In this document: positions 1 through 9,800 of the stretch, in pieces
How the letters are laid out: each line of letters starts with the position of its first letter
How positions within the stretch are numbered: position 1 is the first letter of the stretch
The notes under the pieces: model-generated
What the model was told of the DNA's origin: nothing
The model's input: only the letters and a program-made list of their open reading frames with translations
Database searches by the model: none
Position numbers and translations under genes: made by a program
Source of the DNA: a virus
Lineage: Duplodnaviria > Caudoviricetes
Direction: 5' to 3' (one strand)
IMG/VR virus record: IMGVR_UViG_3300010165_000040
Coordinates: 1 to 42,508 of that record
Length of the DNA: 42,508 nt

Positions 1-1464
1 TTAAGATGTAGTTGGGGGTGTATAATTCATAGAACACCATATGACAATTATCACTAATACTAATAAAGTGATTATCCACAAAGCTGACACTATACATCTA
101 TTCTTTTTTAAATATTCGATTTTATTTTCATCTTTGGATCTAGTATTTAAATTAAATATTCTATTTAAATCTTCTGTATTTAGAATTACACCATATTGTT
201 TTTTATTACGCTCCAGTACCTCATTTAATTGATTCATACTTAAATTGTATTGTGTCAAACTAAATATAAAATAAAATAAACTTATTAGTAAAAAACCTAA
301 AGAAATTCGCATGATATCAGGAGTGAAAATATTAGTTAAGGTCCCATTTGATATTGTACTAAATAAAATAGTAGTGATAAAAAAGGTAACCATTGAGGTC
401 AAAGAACCTTTAAAACTTACGATAAAAGTATCTGCTACTTTTAAAGCTTCTTGTTCTAATTGATTTAATAGAACCACAACTTGGTTTAGGACATCAATAT
501 AGTTATCGACATTTTCTTTCAAGTATATTTTATAACCAGATTTTATGGAAGATAAAACTTCTTCTTCTATATCTAATATATTATCGCTTTGGAGATGTAA
601 TGTTATTATATTTCTAACCATCTCAATTCTTTCGGTGAAATTATCATTACTTGAATATGTCCAATCAAAAATATTAAATAGATTATTATTTGTAACAGAG
701 TTTAGTTTAACTGTTTTTTTAATAGTTTTGTAGCCTTCTATTTGATAATATAATTCTTCATTTTCCAATTTAGTTAAATTTGAAATAAATATTATTGAAT
801 AAATATTTTTACACAAATCAAACACGTCTTTAAAAAATGAATTGTTTTCAGTACATTTAGTAACATTAAAATCGTTTGGAACTAACTCTGGTGTTTCAGA
901 CACAAGGTGACAGTTTTCATACATATTTTTATATAAATCTTTTCTTTTATATTCAATATCAGTATGTTCTTGATTATTAGACTTATTGGAAAAAGAAAAT
1001 AATGGAGTGTTTATATAACCTTTATCTAAAATTAAATTAAATTTCACATTATTACTTTTATAAAGATTTTCAAAAGTAGAGAGTATATTGGTGACTGATG
1101 AATCATTATTCGTTAAATATTTTTTAAAAGATTCTAATGAATATATAGATATTACGCTCTCTATCGGTGTTTTATAGATCACTATTCCCAATTTAATTTC
1201 TTCATCATCGTTATTTAATTTTTTAACATTTCTATATACTTTTTTTACTTGTTCATGTGAATCTAATCCTTCATATCTTACAGTTTCTTTTTCAAAAGTA
1301 TCAATTAAACTCACTATAATACTATCACTATTACCTTTAATTTTATGTAATTCTTCTATGTCATATAGTATGTCATCAATATTATTGTTTATACTAACAT
1401 TTAAAAAAACAGCTTCTTTTATATCCTCACTGACTACCTTTAAAAAAGTATTGCTATTATCCAT
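1..1464 (-). CDS. Hypothetical membrane protein, large soluble N-terminus plus 3 C-terminal TM helices (candidate defence component)
   Basis: ORF 1..1473; likely ATG at 1464 after AGGTG. Hydrophobic segments SLTSMVTFFITTILFSTIS, IMRISLGFLLISLFYFIFSL and IVSALWIITLLVLVIIVIW. Very AT-rich; abuts the upstream gene. Confidence 0.75.
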   Translation of the reverse strand: MDNSNTFLKVVSEDIKEAVFLNVSINNNIDDILYDIEELHKIKGNSDSIIVSLIDTFEKETVRYEGLDSHEQVKKVYRNVKKLNNDDEEIKLGIVIYKTPIESVISIYSLESFKKYLTNNDSSVTNILSTFENLYKSNNVKFNLILDKGYINTPLFSFSNKSNNQEHTDIEYKRKDLYKNMYENCHLVSETPELVPNDFNVTKCTENNSFFKDVFDLCKNIYSIIFISNLTKLENEELYYQIEGYKTIKKTVKLNSVTNNNLFNIFDWTYSSNDNFTERIEMVRNIITLHLQSDNILDIEEEVLSSIKSGYKIYLKENVDNYIDVLNQVVVLLNQLEQEALKVADTFIVSFKGSLTSMVTFFITTILFSTISNGTLTNIFTPDIMRISLGFLLISLFYFIFSLTQYNLSMNQLNEVLERNKKQYGVILNTEDLNRIFNLNTRSKDENKIEYLKKNRCIVSALWIITLLVLVIIVIWCSMNYTPPTTS

Positions 1465-1473
1465 TATTTTCAC

Positions 1474-2496
1474 CTAACTTTCCCAATTAAATGATGCAAA
1501 CGTATCTTCTTTAGTAACTTTAATTTTAAGATACTTTTCTCCTTGAGAATTTTCAATCGCAGAGATATTGTTTTTAATTTCTTCATCATATCCATTCAAT
1601 GTTACTTCTACAAAATCATTAGCTTGTTTAGTTTCCTTCCATTTTCGCTTTTTTATTGCGTCAGGTTCTATTGAAAATTGAGTATCTACATTATTTTTTT
1701 CAAAATTTCTCATTACCTTATTTTTAAATTCATTTTTTTGAGTTACATCTTCATTTTCAGAATCTTCTCCAAAAATGTAATCAATACATTCATTAATTGA
1801 ATAGTTATTAGTATTTTTAAAATATCCCAGTAATTGATTTCTTTTTAAAACTAACTGTGATTGATCCGATTTATATGTTCGTTTCAATTCGCGTTCTAGA
1901 ATATTATAACTTTCTTCAGTATTCATAGAATCATTTTTTATCTCTTCTAATTCTAAAAATGAATCATACCAGTATTGAGTTCCATTTGTATCAGATATCA
2001 TTATTTCTTGAATTTCTTCTCCATCAAATATAAATAGACAATTTTTATAAGTTTTATCTTCATAGCTAAGACCTGATTTTTTAATTAAATCATCATCATC
2101 TAAATAACTATTAGCATCTACCTTTGAAATTAAAAAACGGTAATTACCATCAATTTGGAACAGGGATTGTACGAGACTTCCTTTTTGTATTTTTATTCCT
2201 AAGTGTTTCATTCGTTCTTGTGTCTCTTTTTCAACTGAAAATAACCGGTTAGCAATGATATCTTTGTTTTTTTCAATAAGCCGTTCTTCTTGTACTGTCT
2301 TTAATACTTGAGCCACAACTTCTGTAGTGTTGCTACGTTGAGTATACTTTCGTTTTGATTCATTAGTCATTACTTCACCCATTAACAATTCAATGTAATT
2401 TTTTGCATCAATTTTATTGTCTAATCTTCTATACTCGAATTCATCATTCTGAATGTTCATATTGTGCATTGTAGAGTAAATAATTTCCATAGACAT
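1474..2496 (-). CDS. Nucleoid-associated protein-like (YejK/NdpA, NA37-like)
   Basis: 340 aa; motifs IANRLF..IQKGSLVQSLF, FLISKVD and YWYDSFLELEEIKNDSMNT resemble NA37 family; GGAGG RBS at 2504-2508. Confidence 0.55.
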   Translation of the reverse strand: MSMEIIYSTMHNMNIQNDEFEYRRLDNKIDAKNYIELLMGEVMTNESKRKYTQRSNTTEVVAQVLKTVQEERLIEKNKDIIANRLFSVEKETQERMKHLGIKIQKGSLVQSLFQIDGNYRFLISKVDANSYLDDDDLIKKSGLSYEDKTYKNCLFIFDGEEIQEIMISDTNGTQYWYDSFLELEEIKNDSMNTEESYNILERELKRTYKSDQSQLVLKRNQLLGYFKNTNNYSINECIDYIFGEDSENEDVTQKNEFKNKVMRNFEKNNVDTQFSIEPDAIKKRKWKETKQANDFVEVTLNGYDEEIKNNISAIENSQGEKYLKIKVTKEDTFASFNWES

Positions 2497-2640
2497 TAAG
2501 CGTCCTCCTAGATTAAATATAAGCTGATTCTAATTAAAACAAAACGAGGGGAAGAAAACAATAGTCTCCTCCCCCTCTCAGCTTATATAATCTATTTGGA
2601 TTATGTCTATATTATACCATAAACCTCAATATTAATGAGG
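2497..2640 (-). promoter_or_regulatory. Promoter and structured, attenuator-like 5' leader of the cargo operon
   Basis: Extended -10 TGGTATAAT (2611-2619); palindrome CCTCA-N7-TGAGG (2624-2640); nested stems 2509-2527/2578-2594 and 2546-2559/2564-2577, the inner one followed by a U-rich run. Confidence 0.65.
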
Positions 2641-2745
2641 CAAAACAAGTTATGTTTATATTACAAATTTATTATAAATTAATATATCTCGTTTTAAAAA
2701 ACTCTAGCTCATAATTGAGTAAAAATGGTTACTATGTGTGTTAAC

Positions 2746-3222
2746 CTATCCTTTATTCCCTCTAGTTCTATTATATCCTTTTGAATAAGCTCTATACGTC
2801 ATAATAGTATTTCTTTCTAAACTATTTAATGTAGGATATCCACTATTTCTCAAGGTTACTACATTTATTTTAAAACGATCTCCATATTTATAATCACCAT
2901 AAACATCCCCATTTCCTCTTCCAGAAAAGTGGTTATTTACTCTGCTTAAAACTTTCTTACCTTGGCCTACGTAATACATATCTTTGGAAATATTCTTCAG
3001 TACATAAACTCCTGGTATATTATAATCATTCAATATACTTGACCTGCTTCCGAATCCTTTAGTCTTTTTAAATTCAAAAAATTCATTTGGTGTAAAAGTT
3101 ACTCCGTTATGTACAATTTTTCTAATTTCTTCACGGATTTTCTTATCTTTGTAGTAAGAATATGCGTATACTCCAATTATGAAAATAATAAGGAAAACGC
3201 ACAAGAATATTAGAAACCTCAA
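2746..3222 (-). CDS. GIY-YIG nuclease with N-terminal TM anchor
   Basis: GVYVLKN..YYVGQG..RVNNH..LE..GYN motifs; residues ~3-23 hydrophobic; GGAGG RBS before TTG. Confidence 0.8.
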   Translation of the reverse strand: MRFLIFLCVFLIIFIIGVYAYSYYKDKKIREEIRKIVHNGVTFTPNEFFEFKKTKGFGSRSSILNDYNIPGVYVLKNISKDMYYVGQGKKVLSRVNNHFSGRGNGDVYGDYKYGDRFKINVVTLRNSGYPTLNSLERNTIMTYRAYSKGYNRTRGNKG

Positions 3223-3284
3223 TAACCTCCATCCCTTCTATATATATTCTATTTCTAGTATACAATAATTTTTCAATTAAAATG

Positions 3285-3318
3285 AAAAAAATGCCCGAAC
3301 TCAACAAAGAGTCAGGGC
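3285..3318 (-). terminator. Intrinsic terminator after lysin/sRNA
   Basis: GCCCTGACTC-tttgtt-GAGTTCGGGC-ATTTTTTT on minus strand. Confidence 0.8.
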
Positions 3319-3424
3319 TTCAAATAAACTATGTAGACCCGCCTGTCATTGACGGGGCTTTCTTTTTGTCACAAAAGAACACAATATATAAAGAATCTCA
3401 TTGTTTCCGCAATGAAATTTTATA
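3285..3424 (-). ncRNA. Candidate ~140-nt small RNA downstream of lysin
   Basis: Extended -10 TGATATAAT (3430-3438), several hairpins, intrinsic terminator 3285-3318; no convincing ORF. Confidence 0.4.
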
Positions 3425-3446
3425 CTGCTATTATATCACAATTTGA

Positions 3447-5177
3447 TTAGTATTTAAGCTTTTGTCCTACACTGATACGATTTAGATTACTAATATCATT
3501 TTTATTCTGCAAGTGTTTTTGACTTACTCCTAATTGAATAGCAATCTCTGATAATGTATCTCCAGTTTTTACTGTATATATGCCACCGTTAGACTTTCCA
3601 CTAATAGTCAACTTCTGACCTACTGAAATTAAATTAGGATTGTTAATTCCATTTGTACTAGCAATCGCATTAATAGTTGTACCATAATCTTTAGCAATTT
3701 CACCTAAAGTATCCCCTGGTTTTACGGTGTAGGTTGTCGTACCACTTCCCGCAGATACCTTTTCAGTACCATTCACTTTGATTTTCTGACCTACACTAAT
3801 TAAGTTAGGATCTTCAATCTCATTTAATTCCGCTAAAGCATTGGTTGTTGTATTAAATCGTTTAGCAATTTCACCTAACGTGTCGCCTGATTTCACTGTA
3901 TAAGTGGTAGTTCCTCCAGTTACTGTTAAAACCTCTCCTACACTGATGACATTCTTATTTTCAATATTGTTCCAAGCAACTAAGTTATCTACAGTTACAT
4001 TAAATTTCTTAGCGATTTCTCCAAGTGTATCTCCAGATTTTACTGTATAAGTTGAAGTTCCAGACTTACCTGTTTCTCTACTCGGTTGAACACTCACGAC
4101 ATCAATAGAAACTGAACCAGTATTCCCAGCATCTTTATGGATACCATTTGCACAAGCATTGGCTAAATCTTTTTTATAGCTGTCTTTTCTCAACACTTTG
4201 TAATCTGAAGTATCAACAAATCCACCTTCAATAAGAAGTCCAGACATTGCTGTATGTTTAATAACATAGAAAGCAGCCGTTTTTTGTCCACGGTTTTTCA
4301 ATCCATGTTTAGGTAAAATTTTAGCTACTTCTGCATGGAGATTATCTTGGTATTCTTTCGTAGCCGGTTGTAAGGTACCACTATTAATAAAGTCCTCATA
4401 ACCAAAGCCACCTCCAGCATTGAAGTGGATAGAAATAAAACGGTCTGCTTTCTTGCCGTTAGCAAAACGTGTTCTAGCCCCTAATGACATAGTTTTGTCT
4501 ATTGTACGAGTGAGATGGACTTCGTGGCCAAGTTTTTCTAAATAGCCTTTTAAAAGTTTAGCCACTTCTAAGTTCCAATGTTTTTCAATTAAACCATTTG
4601 CTGAAGCTCCGGAATCGGAACCACCGTGACCAGGATCAATAACAACATTCAATTTCTTCACTAGTTTATCCTCCTTTACATCAATTCCCGCTTCTTTATC
4701 CCATTCAATTAGGTTGTATTGTTCAATAATGTTAGTGATTTTACCTGAATAACCAGGGTCTGTTGCATATGAAGCTTCTGCTACTGGTTTTAAAATTGCA
4801 TTGACTGCATCTACATAATTGGTTTCTCCAATAACATGTTTATAGTTATCAGTTCTGAATGGTGTTGAAGTAAAGAACTTACCATGATCCGTAACAGATT
4901 GACTCCAATTATCATATTTACGGAATGCTGCATCAACTGTAATGAATTTATTTTTCTTTTCGTCCCACTCTTTCGTAGGTACGGTGTACGTATCACTATT
5001 CCATCCATCGCCAACTTTGATACCAAACAAATTGTTAGCTTCAGTGGCTAGTTTTGATGTTCCCCAACCACTTTCTAACGCTGCTTGAGCGCCTACAAGA
5101 GAGGGAAGTATTTTATGTTCTTTCCAGCTTTGAATAGCACCGTCTTTAATTTGATTTAAGAAATCTTGTTTAGACAT
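3447..5177 (-). CDS. Endolysin: GH73 glucosaminidase + Amidase_3 + 4 LysM
   Basis: [22 protein letters not shown] (GH73); [20 protein letters not shown] (Amidase_3); four YTVKxGDTL repeats. Confidence 0.93.
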   Translation of the reverse strand: MSKQDFLNQIKDGAIQSWKEHKILPSLVGAQAALESGWGTSKLATEANNLFGIKVGDGWNSDTYTVPTKEWDEKKNKFITVDAAFRKYDNWSQSVTDHGKFFTSTPFRTDNYKHVIGETNYVDAVNAILKPVAEASYATDPGYSGKITNIIEQYNLIEWDKEAGIDVKEDKLVKKLNVVIDPGHGGSDSGASANGLIEKHWNLEVAKLLKGYLEKLGHEVHLTRTIDKTMSLGARTRFANGKKADRFISIHFNAGGGFGYEDFINSGTLQPATKEYQDNLHAEVAKILPKHGLKNRGQKTAAFYVIKHTAMSGLLIEGGFVDTSDYKVLRKDSYKKDLANACANGIHKDAGNTGSVSIDVVSVQPSRETGKSGTSTYTVKSGDTLGEIAKKFNVTVDNLVAWNNIENKNVISVGEVLTVTGGTTTYTVKSGDTLGEIAKRFNTTTNALAELNEIEDPNLISVGQKIKVNGTEKVSAGSGTTTYTVKPGDTLGEIAKDYGTTINAIASTNGINNPNLISVGQKLTISGKSNGGIYTVKTGDTLSEIAIQLGVSQKHLQNKNDISNLNRISVGQKLKY

Positions 5178-5197
5178 ATGTTTCTCCTTTCATTAAG

Positions 5198-5227
5198 AAA
5201 AAAAGAGCAATCTTATTGATTGCCCTT
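5198..5227 (-). terminator. Terminator-like hairpin between holin and endolysin
   Basis: AAGGGCAATC-aataa-GATTGCTCTT-TTTTT on minus strand. Confidence 0.6.
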
Positions 5228-5470
5228 CGCTTTCTTCTTCTGCTTCAATACTACATCAGCCTCTTGCGCTGGTTTGGTGACAGAGTTATTTTTGTACCCT
5301 GCAAGCAAGCTAGTGATAACTGTGACCACTGTGGATACGCCTTGATAAATTTGTTCATCCGCTAAACCTAAATCAAAACCGAAGAAACTTACTGCTATCT
5401 GGTTTATCAGCACCAAAAACAAAGCAATGATGCGCACCGATGTTCCTTTTGAAATCCCTTTAAGATTCAT
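5213..5470 (-). CDS. Holin (SPP1-like)
   Basis: 85 aa, two TM segments, ISKGT.VR..AL..VLINQ and KNNSVT motifs, basic C-tail; adjacent to lysin. Confidence 0.85.
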   Translation of the reverse strand: MNLKGISKGTSVRIIALFLVLINQIAVSFFGFDLGLADEQIYQGVSTVVTVITSLLAGYKNNSVTKPAQEADVVLKQKKKAKGNQ

Positions 5471-5855
5471 CCTTTTCCTCCTTTAGTTCTGCGTTCTCGA
5501 CTTTCAACTGTGTGTTTTCTTCTTTTAGCTCTTCGTTTTCTTCAACTAAATAGTTGATGCGATCGTTCTTATCATCAATCATGGTTTTGTACTCCCGTAC
5601 TTCCTCATAATACTGCTGTCTGAATTGCGCAAACTCATCTTTTAAGTCGCTTAATTCATTCCGTAACGTGCTTACTTGCTCTTTATATTCCGTTAAAATC
5701 GTACTGATGTTCTGTACGTAAATGCCTTCTGTGTGGGAATCCGCATCCATTTCCTTAGCCTGTATTGTCCCTTTGGTTTGGAACCGTGTGCCTAGATACG
5801 TGAGAATCCCTGAAATGAATGCAGCGACTGTTGCGCTTATGATTTGGTCACTCAT
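5460..5855 (-). CDS. Lysis-region protein, N-terminal TM plus coiled coil
   Basis: Probable start MSDQII after AGGAG; one TM then long coiled coil. Confidence 0.65.
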   Translation of the reverse strand: MSDQIISATVAAFISGILTYLGTRFQTKGTIQAKEMDADSHTEGIYVQNISTILTEYKEQVSTLRNELSDLKDEFAQFRQQYYEEVREYKTMIDDKNDRINYLVEENEELKEENTQLKVENAELKEEKDES

Positions 5856-6180
5856 TGAATCGCTCCTGTATGGATATCCCAAATCCAAATAGAACCATAA
5901 AAAGCGGGAAATAATAGGATAACGCTGGTAAAAAAGGCGGTTGAAAGGTCAGCATAAAGTAAGCGGTGGAAGCCCACACCATATTTAAGCCAACTAAAGC
6001 AAATTTCCTGAGTTTAGATCGGTTTAAAAAGATACCGAGTAGTTTAGCCAGAACTAAAATAAAATTCGTTACACCGAGAATATAACGACTTTGTGAAAGT
6101 AGTAAATGGGAGAGAATTAGCGACACTAGACAGAGCAGAAAAGAATTCCATTTGACAATGATTAATTGTTTTACATTCAT
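5848..6180 (-). CDS. Small multi-TM membrane protein (lysis region)
   Basis: 110 aa, ~4 hydrophobic segments, AAGGAG RBS. Confidence 0.65.
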   Translation of the reverse strand: MNVKQLIIVKWNSFLLCLVSLILSHLLLSQSRYILGVTNFILVLAKLLGIFLNRSKLRKFALVGLNMVWASTAYFMLTFQPPFLPALSYYFPLFMVLFGFGISIQERFNE

Positions 6181-6199
6181 TTTTCAACTCCTTTCTAAC

Positions 6200-6232
6200 A
6201 AAAAAAGAACCTACATTAGTTTGTAGGTTCTT
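6200..6232 (-). terminator. Intrinsic terminator before lysis genes
   Basis: Perfect 11-bp stem AAGAACCTACA/TGTAGGTTCTT followed by T run. Confidence 0.8.
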
Positions 6233-6533
6233 CTTCGCTGGAGTTTTCTTCTTCGGTTGTTTCTGTTTCTTCCGTAGTCATTTTTCGTACAGTGCTTTCT
6301 TCAATCACGTTATACTCATAGCCGTTATCCATCACTTGTGACACCACATTTTGAGCGTAAGCTAATTGTTCTGCTTTATCTTTGTCTTCAAAACGAGTTG
6401 CTCTAGCCACGTCTTGATTAAAATTAAACGCCCCGTTGTATTCGCTATAAATCACCACATCTTCTTGGTTTCTGTTGTTTAATTTTTTACGCACTAATAT
6501 ATATCGTACTGTATCAACTTCATATTTACTCAT
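6216..6533 (-). CDS. Hypothetical tail-region protein
   Basis: 105 aa ORF, RBS, overlapping coupling with upstream gene. Confidence 0.7.
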   Translation of the reverse strand: MSKYEVDTVRYILVRKKLNNRNQEDVVIYSEYNGAFNFNQDVARATRFEDKDKAEQLAYAQNVVSQVMDNGYEYNVIEESTVRKMTTEETETTEEENSSEEEPTN

Positions 6534-6849
6534 TTGTATCTTCTCCTTTTTGTTCTTTCTCTATAAATGGTTTTAAGCTTGCTAATTGCTTCAAACTCAT
6601 TGGTAAAGGTTCTAATTCATCTTCGGTTAACTTGCGCTCTGAACCTATCTCTTGCTCTTCTAAGAGTATCTCTTCCTGTTCTTTTTCGTCGGTCACCCCC
6701 TCAAGTGTTTCAGCTACTAATTTGTGCTTATCCTCCAACGCTTTCTTCAACTCATAGAGCTTAAACTTGAACGCTCCTTGAAGCTTCTCTTCAGCTAGTT
6801 GTGTTAAAGCATTGTTGGCGTTCACGATTTTGATATTAGTTAATTTCAT
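6526..6849 (-). CDS. Hypothetical tail-region protein
   Basis: 107 aa ORF directly after tail fibre gene. Confidence 0.7.
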   Translation of the reverse strand: MKLTNIKIVNANNALTQLAEEKLQGAFKFKLYELKKALEDKHKLVAETLEGVTDEKEQEEILLEEQEIGSERKLTEDELEPLPMSLKQLASLKPFIEKEQKGEDTNE

Positions 6850-9800
6850 TTAATTCGCTCCTTCTAATTGGTTGATGCGGTCTTTGAGTCCTTCGTTTTC
6901 TGCTTCCAATTTTCGTATACGATTTTCTTTGTCGGTGTCACGATTTAACAATTCTTTAATACCGAACGTATTGACCATGATTTGACGATTATAAACAATG
7001 TTCCATTCGTCTAAATCTTCAGCATATTCGCTGATAATTGGTGTTCTCTGTGCAATTAATCCCATTTGTGTTTCTGTGGTCATATCTGGATCTTTCCAGT
7101 TAAATGTAACTGGATTTATTGGTTCAAAGAACTCGTTTAAAATGCTGTCATTATAGTCGTGGATATTCGTTTTCAATCGTTCATCTGACACGGAAACAAT
7201 ATTATTGCCTTGCATGTTGAGTATTTGGTTCATATAGTTCCTTGTACTATCAATACGCATTTTTTGGGCTGTTCCAATACGGAATTGCAACATACCACCC
7301 ACTGTTTGCAGTCGGGTTGTTCCGTCAGATAAAGTTAAAAATTCACCACCATTGGTTAATGAAATACTGTATGGGTTAACGATATTATTTCCATACATAC
7401 GAATGTCACCACGAGACCTTAATTCGTTTGTTACATCTGTAAATCCACCTCGTAAATAAATACCGTTATCGACACGCAAGAAAGCCTCTTCCCCGCCTGA
7501 CATGATGTCAAAGCTGGTATTGTAGGTATTTCCGCCGATATTGTTAGCAATTCGGAAGTGTGTACCATTTGAAATAAATATGTTAAACCAAGGACTTCCC
7601 GGTCTGTCTTCCCATTCAGAAAATCCTATTTGGCCTATCGTTGCGTTATTCGGGTTTCGGACACCCATAATCCCGTTTTGGATATAGACTTGTGAGTTAT
7701 CAAAAGCGGTAGACAAGATACCGCCGCCATCAATACGCACGTTTCCGCCAGCTGCACGGTTCCAATTCGACCGGATAAACTCACTTGTATTCCCAACTAA
7801 ACTGTTCACGTTTAAGTTGATCACATTTAAGTTGCTTGCGTCGAGTGTTCCGGCAACTATTTGGTCAGCGCTAAGTGTTGTCGTTTGTATCGACTCAATA
7901 AAGGCATTTTTGGTGGTCAGTCGCTGGATATAAGCGTCATTACCAAACAACTCGTCTATCATCGACAGACTTGACACCATATGCTTCGATGTTATCGTAT
8001 TCGCTTGTAAGTGGTCTGTGATGATTCTTGTAATGTCACCTTCGACCGCGTTAATGGATAGAGCTTCTAAGTCTGTGATATAAGCGTTTGTCATCGATAC
8101 ATTGCCGTCTAAGAGAATGTTTTTACCCTTAATCCGTGCGGTAGAATCCGTTATGGCTATTTCTGACATAACGTCTTCGTTGGAATTGAGCGTCTGCACC
8201 GCCCAACTGTTATCCAACTGCGTTTGAACGGTGCTTACTGCACTGTCCGTGTAGGCCGTTTGGTCTTCGGGAGCTGGTGTCCAATCGGTTGCTACTGAAC
8301 CGCGCTCTAATTGCTGATTTTTTACATAAGTTGTATCGTTCGTTCCACTTTCCGGATAAAAATGAGGATAAATTTGATGTCCATTATATAATTTACCGTT
8401 ATAGGTGAATGTAAATGACAATCTTTGCCATTCTTCGTTAATAGGTACATTAGATAAAAGTGTGTCTATACTGCTTAAGCCATTATTTAAAAATACTCTA
8501 TTCAAAACAGTAGGAATATCAGACCTTATATCAAATGAATAGGTGTATTTTTTACCTTCTACCATTCCAAGATTATAACCTTGCGTATACATATTATTGC
8601 TTGTACTAGAGTATACAGTATCGGAATTTCGTATTAAATTCCGTCCACCGAAATCCATACTGCTCACTTCGGTTTGAATAATTCCACTACTTGCAACAAT
8701 CCGTGACACACTATCATTAATCTCATTCTCACTCGAACCGATCACTCGTTCGTATAGTTGAGCGGTTTCTCGAACATTTTGGTAGCTTATAATTAAATCA
8801 TCAGCGGTTTCTTCAACACTACTAATTCGACTGATAAAACCGTTCTTATCTTGCTGATACACCGTTTCTTGCACGTAATTGCTTAATTCTGTGGATAAGG
8901 TACCGTCTGTTACATAATTGGTTTCGATTGCTGATACACGATTCTCAAAGCCGGATTTGTCTTGGTTATACGTGGTTTCTTCTACATAATTAGTAAGCAA
9001 GGTTAAATCTGCTTTGTCACTTAATCCATTCGCTAAATCATCATTGGTAGCATAAGCATTTAAATCAGACACATCAGCCTTGCCACTCAAACCATTATTT
9101 AGTTGTTGTTCTGTCGCATAATTGGCTAAATCGGACTGTTCTAATTTGCTACTGACTTCGGTTTCTAAGCTGGATATTTGCGCCTCTATACTTCCCGCTG
9201 ATTCGGTTATTTGTGTGGTTACAAAACTTTCCGTCGCATAACCGTTTAAATCGCTATTTTCTAGCTTATTGTTTAGCTTCCCAGTCAGCTCTTGATACTG
9301 CCTTGTTTGCTGACCAGCTACGGTTTCGATTCGAGTGTTTAAATTACTAAATTGACCGTCTGCGGTTTCTTGATACGCATTTAAGTCAGCAATGATGCTT
9401 TCTGCTGTAACCTCAAATTTGTTGCTTAATGATTGGAGTTTGTAGTCTGTATCTTCGGGGGCGGGTGTCCAGTCGGTAGCAATGGTACCTTTTTCTAACT
9501 GCACATTTTTTACATAATAAGGATAGTCCGTTTGACCCGAAAAACTATCTACATGAAACAGTATTTCAGAAACACTTGAACTTGTAGTAAATGTTAATGT
9601 TCGATACGCCGTTTCATTTTGTCTAAAATTACTTATCCAGGCTTGACTGCCGTCTTCCGAAACTTCATGAAGCCATGCACGACCGCTGAATGTTAACGAT
9701 AGTGTGTAGATTTGGTTCGGTTCTGCTAGAATATAAATATCGCTTCGAGCATTGCCATCTATTCTTAATGTGTACTCATCTACTACTGCGTGATTTTCTG

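Noticed and set aside
3335-3360. Hairpin resembling an IS200/IS605 end
   Set aside because: No TnpA/TnpB gene or partner end nearby; better explained as part of the candidate sRNA.
3450-4050. Nucleotide repeats in the lysin 3' region
   Set aside because: Fully explained by the four LysM domains.
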